From: a virus
UHGV virus genome: UHGV-1364187
Length of the DNA: 64,000 bases
Reading direction: 5' to 3' (one strand)
Shown here: positions 1 to 9,706 of the stretch, one piece after another
How the letters are laid out: each line of letters opens with the position of its first letter
How positions within the stretch are numbered: the stretch's first letter is position 1
Position numbers and translations under genes: made by a program
Notes under the pieces: generated by a model
Told to the model about the DNA's origin: nothing
The model's database searches: none
The model's input: the letters and a program-made list of their open reading frames with translations, nothing else

Positions 1-51
1 CTTCAACTTATTCGCAATCAATACATCAAACTAATAGAGGAGGTATACTAA

Positions 52-873
52 ATGTATAAAGGACTCGTCAAAACAACCGATATTACAAATTATAATATAT
101 TTAGAGGTGTAACTGACTTTGGTAACGTAAACCAGTTCATGGCATTTGAAGGTGGTCGTTCATTCATTAAAGTTATTTCATCTCCTAGATTCTTAACAGA
201 GTATGCTTTAACATCAAAAGACACGGAAGTTGCTGCTGTAGTTAATAACTATGTACATCTTCTTGAATATGAATTCTTAGGTCTTGAAGGATTAGAAGAT
301 ATTACTTCTGAAACTCAAGATATCAATGATGGTCTTCGTACTCTACAATTAATCAATAAAACTACTGAACAAGCATCTGCTACTATCGCACTTAATGGAT
401 ATCATGAACGTTCTGGTGGTTTAATGTGGAGATATCATGATATGTTCTTAAGAGGTATTGTTGATCCTGGTTCTGGATTTAAACATTATCACGGATTAAT
501 TCAAAAAGGTATCCTTAAGAAAGGTTATGCTAATGAAATCTTCCAAATCATGTACTTTGTAACAGATTCAACTGGTCTTGACCTTGAAGCTGCTTACTTA
601 TTATCATGCTGCCAATTAACAAACGCTAATCAATTTGCAAACACACAAAAAGGTGAATACAACTTCAAAGAAATCTCTGTAGAGATGAACTGTTTCCCTG
701 TTCGTAATGATTACGTTAACAAAGCTGCAGCTGATCACTTAAAGAACATGACTATTATTCGTAATTCAGCTAACTATGTTTGGACTGGTACAGAAGGTAT
801 GGCTGGTACTAATGCTTCTAGTAATGGTGCTGTCGGATATAATGGACCAATCGAAACATATGATAATATTTAA
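52..873 (+). CDS. hypothetical protein, possibly a virion structural protein
   Basis: Clean 273-aa ORF with a strong RBS (GAGGAGG) 8 nt upstream. It is followed by a perfect bidirectional terminator hairpin. No motif was recognised. Confidence 0.6.
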   Translation: MYKGLVKTTDITNYNIFRGVTDFGNVNQFMAFEGGRSFIKVISSPRFLTEYALTSKDTEVAAVVNNYVHLLEYEFLGLEGLEDITSETQDINDGLRTLQLINKTTEQASATIALNGYHERSGGLMWRYHDMFLRGIVDPGSGFKHYHGLIQKGILKKGYANEIFQIMYFVTDSTGLDLEAAYLLSCCQLTNANQFANTQKGEYNFKEISVEMNCFPVRNDYVNKAAADHLKNMTIIRNSANYVWTGTEGMAGTNASSNGAVGYNGPIETYDNI

Positions 874-881
874 TATAAATA

Positions 882-916
882 TACAGACTAGAAATTAATC
901 TAGTCTGTATATTTAT
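882..916. terminator. bidirectional rho-independent terminator between convergent genes
   Basis: 11-bp perfect stem tacagactaga/tctagtctgta (882-892 and 899-909) with loop aattaa. T/A-rich runs flank it on both strands. Confidence 0.7.
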
Positions 917-3111
917 TACATTTCTTCATTTTGTTTATCTTTTAATGCTGCATATTGAATATGTGCTCTAGCTTTAGCTTTATCAATTTTATCCCAAGGT
1001 AATATTCCAGCATATTCAATTCTCATCATAGTATTACCAAAGATATCTATTTCTTCTGGACTTATTCCTTCTCTATTTTCTCCGTATGCTAATTCGACAT
1101 ATTTACTTTTTGTATTTAATGCATTTTCTATAGTCATATCTACTTGTTGATTATTTTGATATTTTGGTGCTGGTAATACCATTTCAATAACATCATTACC
1201 ACCAAACTCGTTATTATACAACTTGGTTAAAAATGGATTAAACATATTTTCAGTTTTCGTCTGTCTCTTATAAGCCTTTTTTAACATTTTGCTATTATTC
1301 ATTGTTAATTGTGTGGCAAAATCCACTTGTTGTAATCTGGTTTGAACAGCTTCTAATGGAACTCCTGTAGGACTTATAGCCATATTCTCTAGCATTTCCA
1401 TTAATTCTGTTTTTACTGGAATATCTTGTCCCTGCATAATTTCAAATCTTACAGGCGGTCCATCATTTCCTTCTGGTATAATCATATCATTAAATCTTCC
1501 TGTTACATTAAGGAAGTTATTTAAGTTATTGATATCTCTCATACCAAAGTTTCCTTTTTTAATTTGGTTGATAGTGTTCATCATAACAGCAGCTATATTC
1601 GTATCGATTGTTGATCTTACATAGTAAGCTCTTTTATCTTGTCCTCTTGTAATAATACCTAATACTGTACTGATATATAAACTTGTATATAGTTTAGCTG
1701 GTATTATTGATTTTTTAAGATCTGATATACCTCTATGTGTTTTTGGATCTTTTCTAAAATAAAAATGTACTACATCTTCTGGTGGAATATATGTAACTTT
1801 TACATTAGATAAATTATCACCATGATCTACACCATATTTTAGAATATTGTATAATTCTTCTTTAAAATCTTGATGTGAATTAATGAAGTTTACATCTATA
1901 GCATCTGATAATTGTTTTGATAATACTCTAATAGCATTATCTCGTGTTGTAGATGATTGATTTAACTCTTCCATTGTAGTAGTTCTTCTAATATGTGAAG
2001 TTAAATCTGTTGCACTCTTTGATAATGATTCTAGTTTTGAATCATCACAATCGATATAATAATATCCAGCACATAAATCTCCAATGTATAATGGGACTAT
2101 TTTTTCTCTTGCAAGTTCTTTTACAATAGAACCTCTTACATTGAAACTATTAGCTGTAACTTTACTATTTTTACTAGTATCTGATAAACCATCTGTAGTT
2201 TCAAACTTATTATCTGGTTTAAGATCATCGTACATATCTTTTATGTCTTTTGAATTATAATCCATTATTGTTTTTAATTTCTTTCTTTCTACAGCAGCTT
2301 CTCTAATAAACATGTCTCTATCCATACTAATATTAATGTCTAATTCACTAATACTTTCTAATTCTTCTTTTGTCAAATCCAATTCTACATTTTGACTAGT
2401 AGAATTCTCATATACTAATGTGTTTTCTGTAATAGTAAGTTTCTTAGTTCCTTCTATTTTTTGATTTCTTCCATTAAAGATATCACTAAATGCCTGTTTA
2501 TATGGTTTCACATAGTAATATACTTCTCCATATTTAGCAGTTTTGTAATAAATATCATCTACTTTTTCTTCTAGATTATACTCATTTTTTAGTTTTTCTA
2601 TATTGGATCTAAACTGAACACTATCCACTGCAGATACATTATTCATATACATAAACTCTTTATTGAATTGCTCTGATGATAATACATTCTCTTTAAGTAT
2701 ATCTAGAGCTTCTTCTAACTGAGGCATATATGTACATATAGTATCAATTTCATCATCCATATCTTTAATATATTTATTCTCTGAATATACATTAATAAGA
2801 TTTTCTATATTAGCATCATTTTCAAATATCTTCTTTAATCCACCTTCTATATCTTTTTCATCTTTACGAATATTATTATAGAGAATAGTTAATGAGGACA
2901 ATCCACTATCATCTGTATTTCTTTGAACGATACTATTGATAGCATTTGTAAGACCTGTATGCAAATCATTTAACTCATCTCTATTTATTGTACTATTAAA
3001 ATAATTTGACATATAAGACCTATTTAATAAATTTTGAATATTACTTGCTAATTTGTTTATTACATTATTTGATACATGTTTTTCTTGATTATCATCCTTT
3101 TTCTTAGCCAT
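916..3111 (-). CDS. large hypothetical protein of about 730 aa
   Basis: Long ORF. The likely start is MAKKK at 3111, preceded by AAAGGAG. No confident motif was found. A weak YxDxDD segment was considered as a PolB motif C and not accepted. Confidence 0.6.
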   Translation of the reverse strand: MAKKKDDNQEKHVSNNVINKLASNIQNLLNRSYMSNYFNSTINRDELNDLHTGLTNAINSIVQRNTDDSGLSSLTILYNNIRKDEKDIEGGLKKIFENDANIENLINVYSENKYIKDMDDEIDTICTYMPQLEEALDILKENVLSSEQFNKEFMYMNNVSAVDSVQFRSNIEKLKNEYNLEEKVDDIYYKTAKYGEVYYYVKPYKQAFSDIFNGRNQKIEGTKKLTITENTLVYENSTSQNVELDLTKEELESISELDINISMDRDMFIREAAVERKKLKTIMDYNSKDIKDMYDDLKPDNKFETTDGLSDTSKNSKVTANSFNVRGSIVKELAREKIVPLYIGDLCAGYYYIDCDDSKLESLSKSATDLTSHIRRTTTMEELNQSSTTRDNAIRVLSKQLSDAIDVNFINSHQDFKEELYNILKYGVDHGDNLSNVKVTYIPPEDVVHFYFRKDPKTHRGISDLKKSIIPAKLYTSLYISTVLGIITRGQDKRAYYVRSTIDTNIAAVMMNTINQIKKGNFGMRDINNLNNFLNVTGRFNDMIIPEGNDGPPVRFEIMQGQDIPVKTELMEMLENMAISPTGVPLEAVQTRLQQVDFATQLTMNNSKMLKKAYKRQTKTENMFNPFLTKLYNNEFGGNDVIEMVLPAPKYQNNQQVDMTIENALNTKSKYVELAYGENREGISPEEIDIFGNTMMRIEYAGILPWDKIDKAKARAHIQYAALKDKQNEEM

Positions 3112-3162
3112 TGTAATATCTCCTTTCATTGTATTATAATTAACTAGATGTTGCCAAAATAG

Positions 3163-3196
3163 AATAGTATTAGACTTTTATTAGTCTAATACTATT
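3163..3196 (-). terminator. hairpin terminator downstream of the 3203-3841 gene
   Basis: 14-bp perfect stem aatagtattagact/agtctaatactatt, followed on the minus strand by tatttt. Confidence 0.45.
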
Positions 3197-3202
3197 CCGT
3201 AT

Positions 3203-3841
3203 CTATAGAAATCTATATGTTATATATACATCTATTACAATTTTCTTCTTTTTATATACAGTAAACTTACTAGTGAAATATTTCAATTTATCTGTAGATT
3301 TATCATTATATATACTTAATGATAGTTTATCTCCTTTATTTATTGGTAATAATCCTTTATATAATGACATGATGTATCCATTCTTTCTATACATAACTAC
3401 TCCATCTTTAGCAAGCATTGATGATAATCTAACAATATCAGGATCATCTGTTATGTCATCATAAAAATGATCATATTTTACAAAATTAGATAATTTATAT
3501 ATTAGATTTATTCCATCTGGAGGAACAACTATATTCATTATAATAATAGGTTGACTCTCTCCATTTAACCATATATACAAATTACCATACATATCCATAT
3601 CTACACTAAATAAGTTCTTATCACATATTGCATATATATCAGGTATGAAATAACAATATATCAATCCATTATTAAATTCATCTAAGATAAATTCAGTTGT
3701 TTTTGCATATGAAAATAACTTATTTGATGATACTAAAGATGATCCGTGGATCATCAATATATCATCTGATTTAAGAATTTTTAGAATATCTATAATTGAA
3801 TTAACGGTTTGATTTTGCAAAGTTTTCATCGTAGTATTCAT
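3203..3841 (-). CDS. hypothetical protein
   Basis: 212-aa ORF that overlaps the upstream polB fragment by 41 nt. Confidence 0.5.
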   Translation of the reverse strand: MNTTMKTLQNQTVNSIIDILKILKSDDILMIHGSSLVSSNKLFSYAKTTEFILDEFNNGLIYCYFIPDIYAICDKNLFSVDMDMYGNLYIWLNGESQPIIIMNIVVPPDGINLIYKLSNFVKYDHFYDDITDDPDIVRLSSMLAKDGVVMYRKNGYIMSLYKGLLPINKGDKLSLSIYNDKSTDKLKYFTSKFTVYKKKKIVIDVYITYRFL

Positions 3842-5744
3842 ATTGAACTCCTTCCATAGCTTTATTCATATTATTATACGTTGATATGAATATAGCAGGT
3901 TTATATAATTCTTTAGAAAATTCTGCAGGTCTCATTAATAAATTATTATTTACAATTCTAGCAGGAATAAACATACCTGTATGTTTATCTACATATTCAT
4001 AGTTACTACAGATCATTTGTGTTGTAAAGAATTCTTCAATATCATGAAGCATTTCTTTGTAATCTGCAAGATGAAGATATCTATGACAAAATTCGACAAT
4101 ACTTTCAGATTGAAGACATTCAAACATATCTCCAGCTCTATCATATTTCTCATTATCAAATGGATTTTCTTTATCATAAATCGCGTTATGTGCAATAACT
4201 CTAGCGATAATAGTATTAGGTGCAATATTATGTTGATCTATTTCACTTGGGTACAGGGCTTTAAAGTCAAAATCATCGCCATTATCAAATAACCATGTAG
4301 GTTTTCCATTAATTTTAACAAATCCATCTCTAACAACATGAGTTGGATCTCCTACTAATGCACCTGCATATTTATTTTCGGGTTTTTCACCGAACTTGTT
4401 AGCATTACATCCCATTATTAATCCATCTTCATAAAACTCTTTTGTTCCTCTATTAGAAAGATATACAGTTTGCCTATGTGATTTTGGAATACGAGTATTA
4501 TTAAGTAAAGCTTTATTGAAAATATATCCTACATCATCACATCTTTGTTCAACTACTTTTTGTACTATTGTATCCATGATGTTATATAAAGTAAAATCTC
4601 TAAAATTATAATATTCTCTATCTGCAAATCTAAGATTAGGTGGAAATGCTTCATATTTACCAATCTTAGCTATCATTTTACCTATGGTATCCAATTTATA
4701 GTTAGGAAACTTTGATTGACCTTTACGTCTACTTGCAAAATGTTGCAATTGGTCCATGTAAATAGTATATCCACTTATAGCAGAATAATCACCTTTAAGT
4801 TCAAATTCATTTTTGTGTTGTTCGTCTATATAATATTTACATTGTTTGTATTTAAAATCTGGATGACACATGATATCCATTGGATCATATCCTAATTTTT
4901 TAATTCTTTCCATGATATATGGAATATCAAATGCCATGTTCCATGCCAATACAAAATCTGGTTGTGTTGAATTTATATACATAAATAAATCTTGAAGTAA
5001 AGTTATTTCGTCATCATAAAATACTTGATCATAAACATAATCTATTACTCCTAATCGAGTAGCTTGTTTCCAACCACCTACAGATTTAACAACAAAGTCA
5101 TAAGCAGCTTTTTGAAATTCTCCTCTCATAACTTCTTGTTCTAATTGAGCAACTTGTGGATTAGTTGGATCTCTAAGTATCAAAGTAGTAACAATTTTCA
5201 TTTTATCATTTACTAATGTGATTAAGTTTATTGGATAATCTCCATAGTGATCTGATAAATCTTCATCTCCAGGCATATCTTTAACTCTAACCTCAATATC
5301 TAGATATGCTTTTGATAAATCAAATAATTGATTTTGATAATTCTGACTGAATACAAATCTATAGTAATCATTTATATCCATATCAGCTAAGAATACTTCG
5401 TTAAGTGTAAATAATCTCTTATTTGCACTAAAATTTTTATTCTTCATATTTTCATAAAAGTATTCTAAATTTCCAGTTTCTTTAGCTATACTTTTTAATA
5501 AATCTTTATATTTACAAGTAACTGGACGTACTCTTTCTTTTTCTATGAATAGATGATGATAATCTAATATTTCATTATCATTAGCCATAAAATAAGTATA
5601 AGTTGGATTTACAATATCTTGATGATGTTTCAATCCAGTATCATTATCTCGATATATAACAGTCATTACATCTTTATCATCGTACTGACCGTAGATTGTA
5701 TCAAGAATTGTTAAGTTTGATCCTTTATCATATCCTTTAATCAT
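3801..5744 (-). CDS. family-B DNA polymerase, N-terminal fragment (3'-5' exonuclease domain plus palm motif A only)
   Basis: Exo I motif YLDIEV, an Exo II-like motif FDIPYI and Exo III YNIMDT are present. Motif A is DFKALYPSEI (DxxSLYPS). The ORF ends about 140 aa after motif A, with no motif B (KxxxNSxYG) or motif C (YGDTDS). Confidence 0.75.
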   Translation of the reverse strand: MIKGYDKGSNLTILDTIYGQYDDKDVMTVIYRDNDTGLKHHQDIVNPTYTYFMANDNEILDYHHLFIEKERVRPVTCKYKDLLKSIAKETGNLEYFYENMKNKNFSANKRLFTLNEVFLADMDINDYYRFVFSQNYQNQLFDLSKAYLDIEVRVKDMPGDEDLSDHYGDYPINLITLVNDKMKIVTTLILRDPTNPQVAQLEQEVMRGEFQKAAYDFVVKSVGGWKQATRLGVIDYVYDQVFYDDEITLLQDLFMYINSTQPDFVLAWNMAFDIPYIMERIKKLGYDPMDIMCHPDFKYKQCKYYIDEQHKNEFELKGDYSAISGYTIYMDQLQHFASRRKGQSKFPNYKLDTIGKMIAKIGKYEAFPPNLRFADREYYNFRDFTLYNIMDTIVQKVVEQRCDDVGYIFNKALLNNTRIPKSHRQTVYLSNRGTKEFYEDGLIMGCNANKFGEKPENKYAGALVGDPTHVVRDGFVKINGKPTWLFDNGDDFDFKALYPSEIDQHNIAPNTIIARVIAHNAIYDKENPFDNEKYDRAGDMFECLQSESIVEFCHRYLHLADYKEMLHDIEEFFTTQMICSNYEYVDKHTGMFIPARIVNNNLLMRPAEFSKELYKPAIFISTYNNMNKAMEGVQYEYYDENFAKSNR

Positions 5745-5873
5745 TCCTAATTCCTCCTATTTTAATATGTTTACGTCATTATTATAATGTTTCATGATAT
5801 ATAAAAATATATAAAACCTTAAATCTGTAACATTTTTGTAAAATGATTAAAATTGGATAAAGGAGGAGTTATT

Positions 5874-6878
5874 ATGAATAACTTAGTAATCCCAGCTACT
5901 ATAGAAGATAAAAATGACAGTAGTTTTATGAATGGTATTTCTCTTAATTTAGATTTCTTTAATGGTGAAAATGAAATAGCTACATGTGATATAGAACCAA
6001 TGGTTACATCAGAAAAGAAAAAAAGAGGAAGACCAGCAGGAAGTACTAATAAGAAAAAGAAAGAAGATAGTGTAGAAACAAAAGAGACTGCTGACGGTAC
6101 AGTTATTGTTGTTGCAGATGATAACAAATCTGAACATTTACCAACAGTATACTCTAATGAAGATTATATGAATGGATTTGAATTAGGTAATAGTGTAATC
6201 AGACAATCTATTGCACAATTAGATGAACTTGGATATCAAGTTATGGAAGAGTTCAACAAAGTAAAGAATTCTCAAATGAAATCTAAATATGTTGTTCTTC
6301 CACAATTAGCATCGGCTATTAGTTCTATTATCAATAGTAAGATTAGTGCTGGTAATAGTATTAATAAAACAACAAAAGATGCATTTGATCTTGAACTTAA
6401 ACGTATGAAAGAAACAAATGCAACACAAAGTGAAATGTCTGATGAAGAATTTATTATGAATGCTTATAATGCATATATTTCTGCACCAGTAGGTGCACAA
6501 CCAATGGCATTACCTCCATCAATGGTCAACATGACAACTGCAGGTGATCAGATTGTTAGAGCTGCTATTGGAAATTCTAATGATGGATATAGTCAGTATA
6601 TGGGTAATATTACACCAGAACAAAACTTAATGAATTATGAACATAATCCAAATGTTCAAACTGTTGTTGTATACGATGTTGCAAATCCAAGAAATATGTA
6701 TTTTGATGTAATTGACATAACAACAGGTCAAAGTATTCCTAATGTACCAAAACCTGATGCTATGTTTTTGGAAAATCTTACATTAGATCAACGTAATATG
6801 GTTGCAAGAGATACTAATCTTGATAGAACATATAAGTTGATTTTATTAAATGCTAATAGTTCTATTGGGAATTATTAA
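5874..6878 (+). CDS. hypothetical protein with an AT-hook-like KRGRPAGS segment
   Basis: The ORF opens at 5853 (TTG). The ATG at 5874 follows AGGAGG at the right spacing. The basic stretch KKKRGRPAGSTNKKKK resembles an AT-hook. Confidence 0.6.
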   Translation: MNNLVIPATIEDKNDSSFMNGISLNLDFFNGENEIATCDIEPMVTSEKKKRGRPAGSTNKKKKEDSVETKETADGTVIVVADDNKSEHLPTVYSNEDYMNGFELGNSVIRQSIAQLDELGYQVMEEFNKVKNSQMKSKYVVLPQLASAISSIINSKISAGNSINKTTKDAFDLELKRMKETNATQSEMSDEEFIMNAYNAYISAPVGAQPMALPPSMVNMTTAGDQIVRAAIGNSNDGYSQYMGNITPEQNLMNYEHNPNVQTVVVYDVANPRNMYFDVIDITTGQSIPNVPKPDAMFLENLTLDQRNMVARDTNLDRTYKLILLNANSSIGNY

Positions 6879-6883
6879 TAAAA

Positions 6884-6924
6884 AAGACTGATATCTTGTA
6901 AATGATATCAGTCTTAACTTTTTA
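6884..6924 (+). terminator. rho-independent terminator
   Basis: 12-bp stem aagactgatatc/gatatcagtctt, then aacttttta. Confidence 0.7.
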
Positions 6925-6945
6925 GTAAAAAAGAGAAGTGAGTTG

Positions 6946-7227
6946 ATGTTTATGCGTAATGTTGTATTTAGAGCCAGAGAATTTATTATAGTAAAACAAT
7001 ATGAAGATAAGTATATGGTAGTAAATACTAAAAAAGATTTTAAACATGGTCATACTCATATAAATAATTTAGAATATGGAAAGTTAATGATATTTATATT
7101 AATAGAAAAACGTATAAAAAATAAAAAACATAAACGATTATTAAAAAATAAACATTTTATAGAAAGTCTATATAGAATATCTAATAGTGATGAACAAGTA
7201 GAAAAAATAATAAGAAGATCTAATTAA
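6946..7227 (+). CDS. small lysine/arginine-rich hypothetical protein
   Basis: 93-aa ORF, very basic. Its stop lies inside the terminator hairpin at 7212-7237. Confidence 0.4.
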   Translation: MFMRNVVFRAREFIIVKQYEDKYMVVNTKKDFKHGHTHINNLEYGKLMIFILIEKRIKNKKHKRLLKNKHFIESLYRISNSDEQVEKIIRRSN

Positions 7228-7245
7228 AGATCTTCTTATTATTTC
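7212..7245. terminator. bidirectional terminator hairpin
   Basis: 10-bp stem aagaagatct/agatcttctt with loop aattaa, then attatttctt. Confidence 0.55.
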
Positions 7246-7314
7246 TTAACTCACATCTATATTATCAGAGATATATCTCTGGAACATAGGTAATCTGTAC
7301 ATATATGTTAATTG

Positions 7315-7566
7315 TTATTCAAGCGTATATATAGTTTTAATCTTATATTTAGATTTTTCTACTACATAATAATCATAATATATATCTTCGCTAGCATATA
7401 TCCGTTTTGTTAAATCTTTATTTTGTGTTCGGATAAATTCTTTAAGTTTAGTTTCTTTTACTATTAATATAGAATCATAATACCCATTTTCACACAAATC
7501 AGATCTTAATACTACATAATTTGTATAATCATCTGATATTACATCACCAATATTAAATCTCTCCAT
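7315..7566 (-). CDS. small hypothetical protein, tandem paralogue of 7569-7832
   Basis: Shares an N-terminal F-x-IGD motif and a YVVL segment with the neighbouring gene. Confidence 0.5.
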   Translation of the reverse strand: MERFNIGDVISDDYTNYVVLRSDLCENGYYDSILIVKETKLKEFIRTQNKDLTKRIYASEDIYYDYYVVEKSKYKIKTIYTLE

Positions 7567-7568
7567 AA

Positions 7569-7832
7569 TTATTTATCCTCCTTAAAAAACATGTATTTTT
7601 GTCTTTCTATTATTCTAAAGAATTTAGGTTCAGAATTAAACCTATACATAAAAGCAATAGATGCTAAATTATCTAAAGTCAAATTACACAAATCATTTTC
7701 TCTAATACAATATATAGCAAAATATCCTTCTTCGTCTTTATCTTCTATAACATTCAAAACTACATATAATTCTCCATAACAATCTTTAACAAGATCTCCT
7801 ATTGAAAATGGATTAATGTTCATTATTATCAC
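7569..7832 (-). CDS. small hypothetical protein (paralogue)
   Basis: SIGDLVKDCYGELYVVL in this gene matches NIGDVISDDYTNYVVL in the neighbour. Confidence 0.5.
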   Translation of the reverse strand: MIIMNINPFSIGDLVKDCYGELYVVLNVIEDKDEEGYFAIYCIRENDLCNLTLDNLASIAFMYRFNSEPKFFRIIERQKYMFFKEDK

Positions 7833-8148
7833 TCTTTTCTTCTTTCATAAGATATTCTAATAAGGTATTAATTTGTTCCACATACTGATCATTATTTTCC
7901 ATACATTCTAATTTAATAGTATTGAAGTAGTTTAAGAATTGTGTTATTTTAGTTTTGTATGTTGGTATATATAATAATGGAGTATTATCTGACATACATA
8001 GCATAATTCCATTTATATATTCTATACCAATATCTTTTAATTTCTTCATACATTTATCAGAAGAAATAGCTAATAACATATCATCATTCTCGATTTTATA
8101 TGATATATAGATATCCTTTCTAGGTATCTGTATACATTTTGTCATCAA
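7813..8148 (-). CDS. hypothetical protein
   Basis: 111-aa ORF in a minus-strand operon. Confidence 0.45.
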   Translation of the reverse strand: MMTKCIQIPRKDIYISYKIENDDMLLAISSDKCMKKLKDIGIEYINGIMLCMSDNTPLLYIPTYKTKITQFLNYFNTIKLECMENNDQYVEQINTLLEYLMKEEKSDNNEH

Positions 8149-8794
8149 TACATAATTTAATCATCACATCATTATAATCTTTCTCTATCAAATAGCAATA
8201 TGATGTATTATTAATATCTGGGTTAACAAAACACATATTAGTAGGTCTTTTGTGACAAGTTGATAATTTTAAGAATTTCGCCAAAGTGCCTGTTCCAGTA
8301 ATTCGTATAACTTCATAATCATGATTCAATAATTTATCTTGTTTTGATACTATATTATCAATATCATTTATATTAAATGCGAAATCATTAAAAGAGTTTA
8401 CAGTGACTACTCCTTCATAATCGTCAATGTCTTCTTCAGCGTTACAATAGAATAATATTTTATAACTATTCTCTTGTTTTGTCTTGTATGCTACTATATA
8501 ATTATGTAAATTAGCATAGATTGTGTCTACTTTTTGTTTAACATAGAAACTTAATGTATAATTTTCATCATGATTATTAACAATATAACAATATACGTTA
8601 ATAAAAGTATATATACTATTAAGATAATCATCATATACAATTATTTTAAAATCATATAATGATAATAATGTTTCTCTGTTTCGTATCATGTTTAAGATAT
8701 CTTGTTTTGCTTCTGGGTAGATAAGTGTACGATATACAGTATCATATTTTTTACTCATTTCTTTCATTTGTTTGTAAAAATTATTATTCATCAT
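8120..8794 (-). CDS. hypothetical protein, paralogue of 8887-9624
   Basis: Shares a D-x-NI-x-x-QDKLLN block with the next gene. Confidence 0.5.
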   Translation of the reverse strand: MMNNNFYKQMKEMSKKYDTVYRTLIYPEAKQDILNMIRNRETLLSLYDFKIIVYDDYLNSIYTFINVYCYIVNNHDENYTLSFYVKQKVDTIYANLHNYIVAYKTKQENSYKILFYCNAEEDIDDYEGVVTVNSFNDFAFNINDIDNIVSKQDKLLNHDYEVIRITGTGTLAKFLKLSTCHKRPTNMCFVNPDINNTSYCYLIEKDYNDVMIKLCIDDKMYTDT

Positions 8795-8845
8795 AAAGCA
8801 TCTCCTTTTATATTATTTTATTCATATATATAATATAACTGAAAT

Positions 8846-8889
8846 AAAGATTAGTATACTAAAATGTATACTAATCTTTATTTTTTTTA
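8846..8889. terminator. strong hairpin terminator
   Basis: 14-bp perfect stem aaagattagtatac/gtatactaatcttt, followed by tttttttt on the plus strand. It lies directly after the minus-strand stop at 8887. Confidence 0.6.
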
Positions 8890-9624
8890 AATCTGTTCAA
8901 ATTGATATATAGATTTTTGACTAATCTTAAATCTAGATTTACTTACAATTTCTACAGTAGGATCTATAAAATATTCTATATACATACTATCATTAGAAGA
9001 TATATATCTAAATATATTAAGTTTATTAATAGCAAATACTCCAGTAATATTAGAATCGTTTATAATATCCACAATAATATATTGAGTCTTGTTTCCATTG
9101 ATATATACAATATCTCCGATTTCATAATCTACTTTATTGTCAATATTAATAGTCTTTGAGTATATAGAATTCAATAACTTATTCTGATTGCTTATAATGT
9201 CTTCTATATTCCCCATATCAAATATAACAGATTTTGTTATAATAGATAATTCATTTACAGTATTGATATTAAAACTGTTAGTAAATAATAATGGTAATAG
9301 ACCATTAGAACTTCCCTCATTTATCCATATCACCATTCCATTAATATCATCTTTATTGTCAATCTTTGGCATGGATATATAAATATCTATTATAGTCTTA
9401 TTGTCAACGTTAAATGGTTTAATATAGATATCATGTTGTTGTGATACAATAGTCCCCTTAGATGATAATGTTACATTAGCTTTAAAATTATTAACAAAAA
9501 GCATCTTTTCTAATATTTCTCTTAACTTACTCACATCTGGATAGAATAATTCTGTTGTATTACACATGTCATCTTTTTCCATTTTAGATATAGAAACTAT
9601 ATCTTTTATAAATTTCCCCTTCAT
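8887..9624 (-). CDS. hypothetical protein (paralogue of 8120-8794)
   Basis: The ORF extends to 9660. The likely start is MKGKF at 9624, behind GAGGGGG. Confidence 0.5.
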   Translation of the reverse strand: MKGKFIKDIVSISKMEKDDMCNTTELFYPDVSKLREILEKMLFVNNFKANVTLSSKGTIVSQQHDIYIKPFNVDNKTIIDIYISMPKIDNKDDINGMVIWINEGSSNGLLPLLFTNSFNINTVNELSIITKSVIFDMGNIEDIISNQNKLLNSIYSKTINIDNKVDYEIGDIVYINGNKTQYIIVDIINDSNITGVFAINKLNIFRYISSNDSMYIEYFIDPTVEIVSKSRFKISQKSIYQFEQI

Positions 9625-9706
9625 AAAAATATCCCCCTCATAAAATAAATTAGAGTACATAATTACTCTTTATTTTCTAGTTAGAAGTAATTATGTACTC
9701 ATGTTT

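Noticed and set aside
916-3111. The 737-aa ORF as the missing C-terminal half of the DNA polymerase (YIDCDDS as motif C, KVTANSF as motif B)
   Set aside because: The matches are weak. The spacing of about 30 aa between them is too short for a PolB palm. A terminator hairpin and an intervening 212-aa gene separate it from the exo-domain ORF. It is left as hypothetical.
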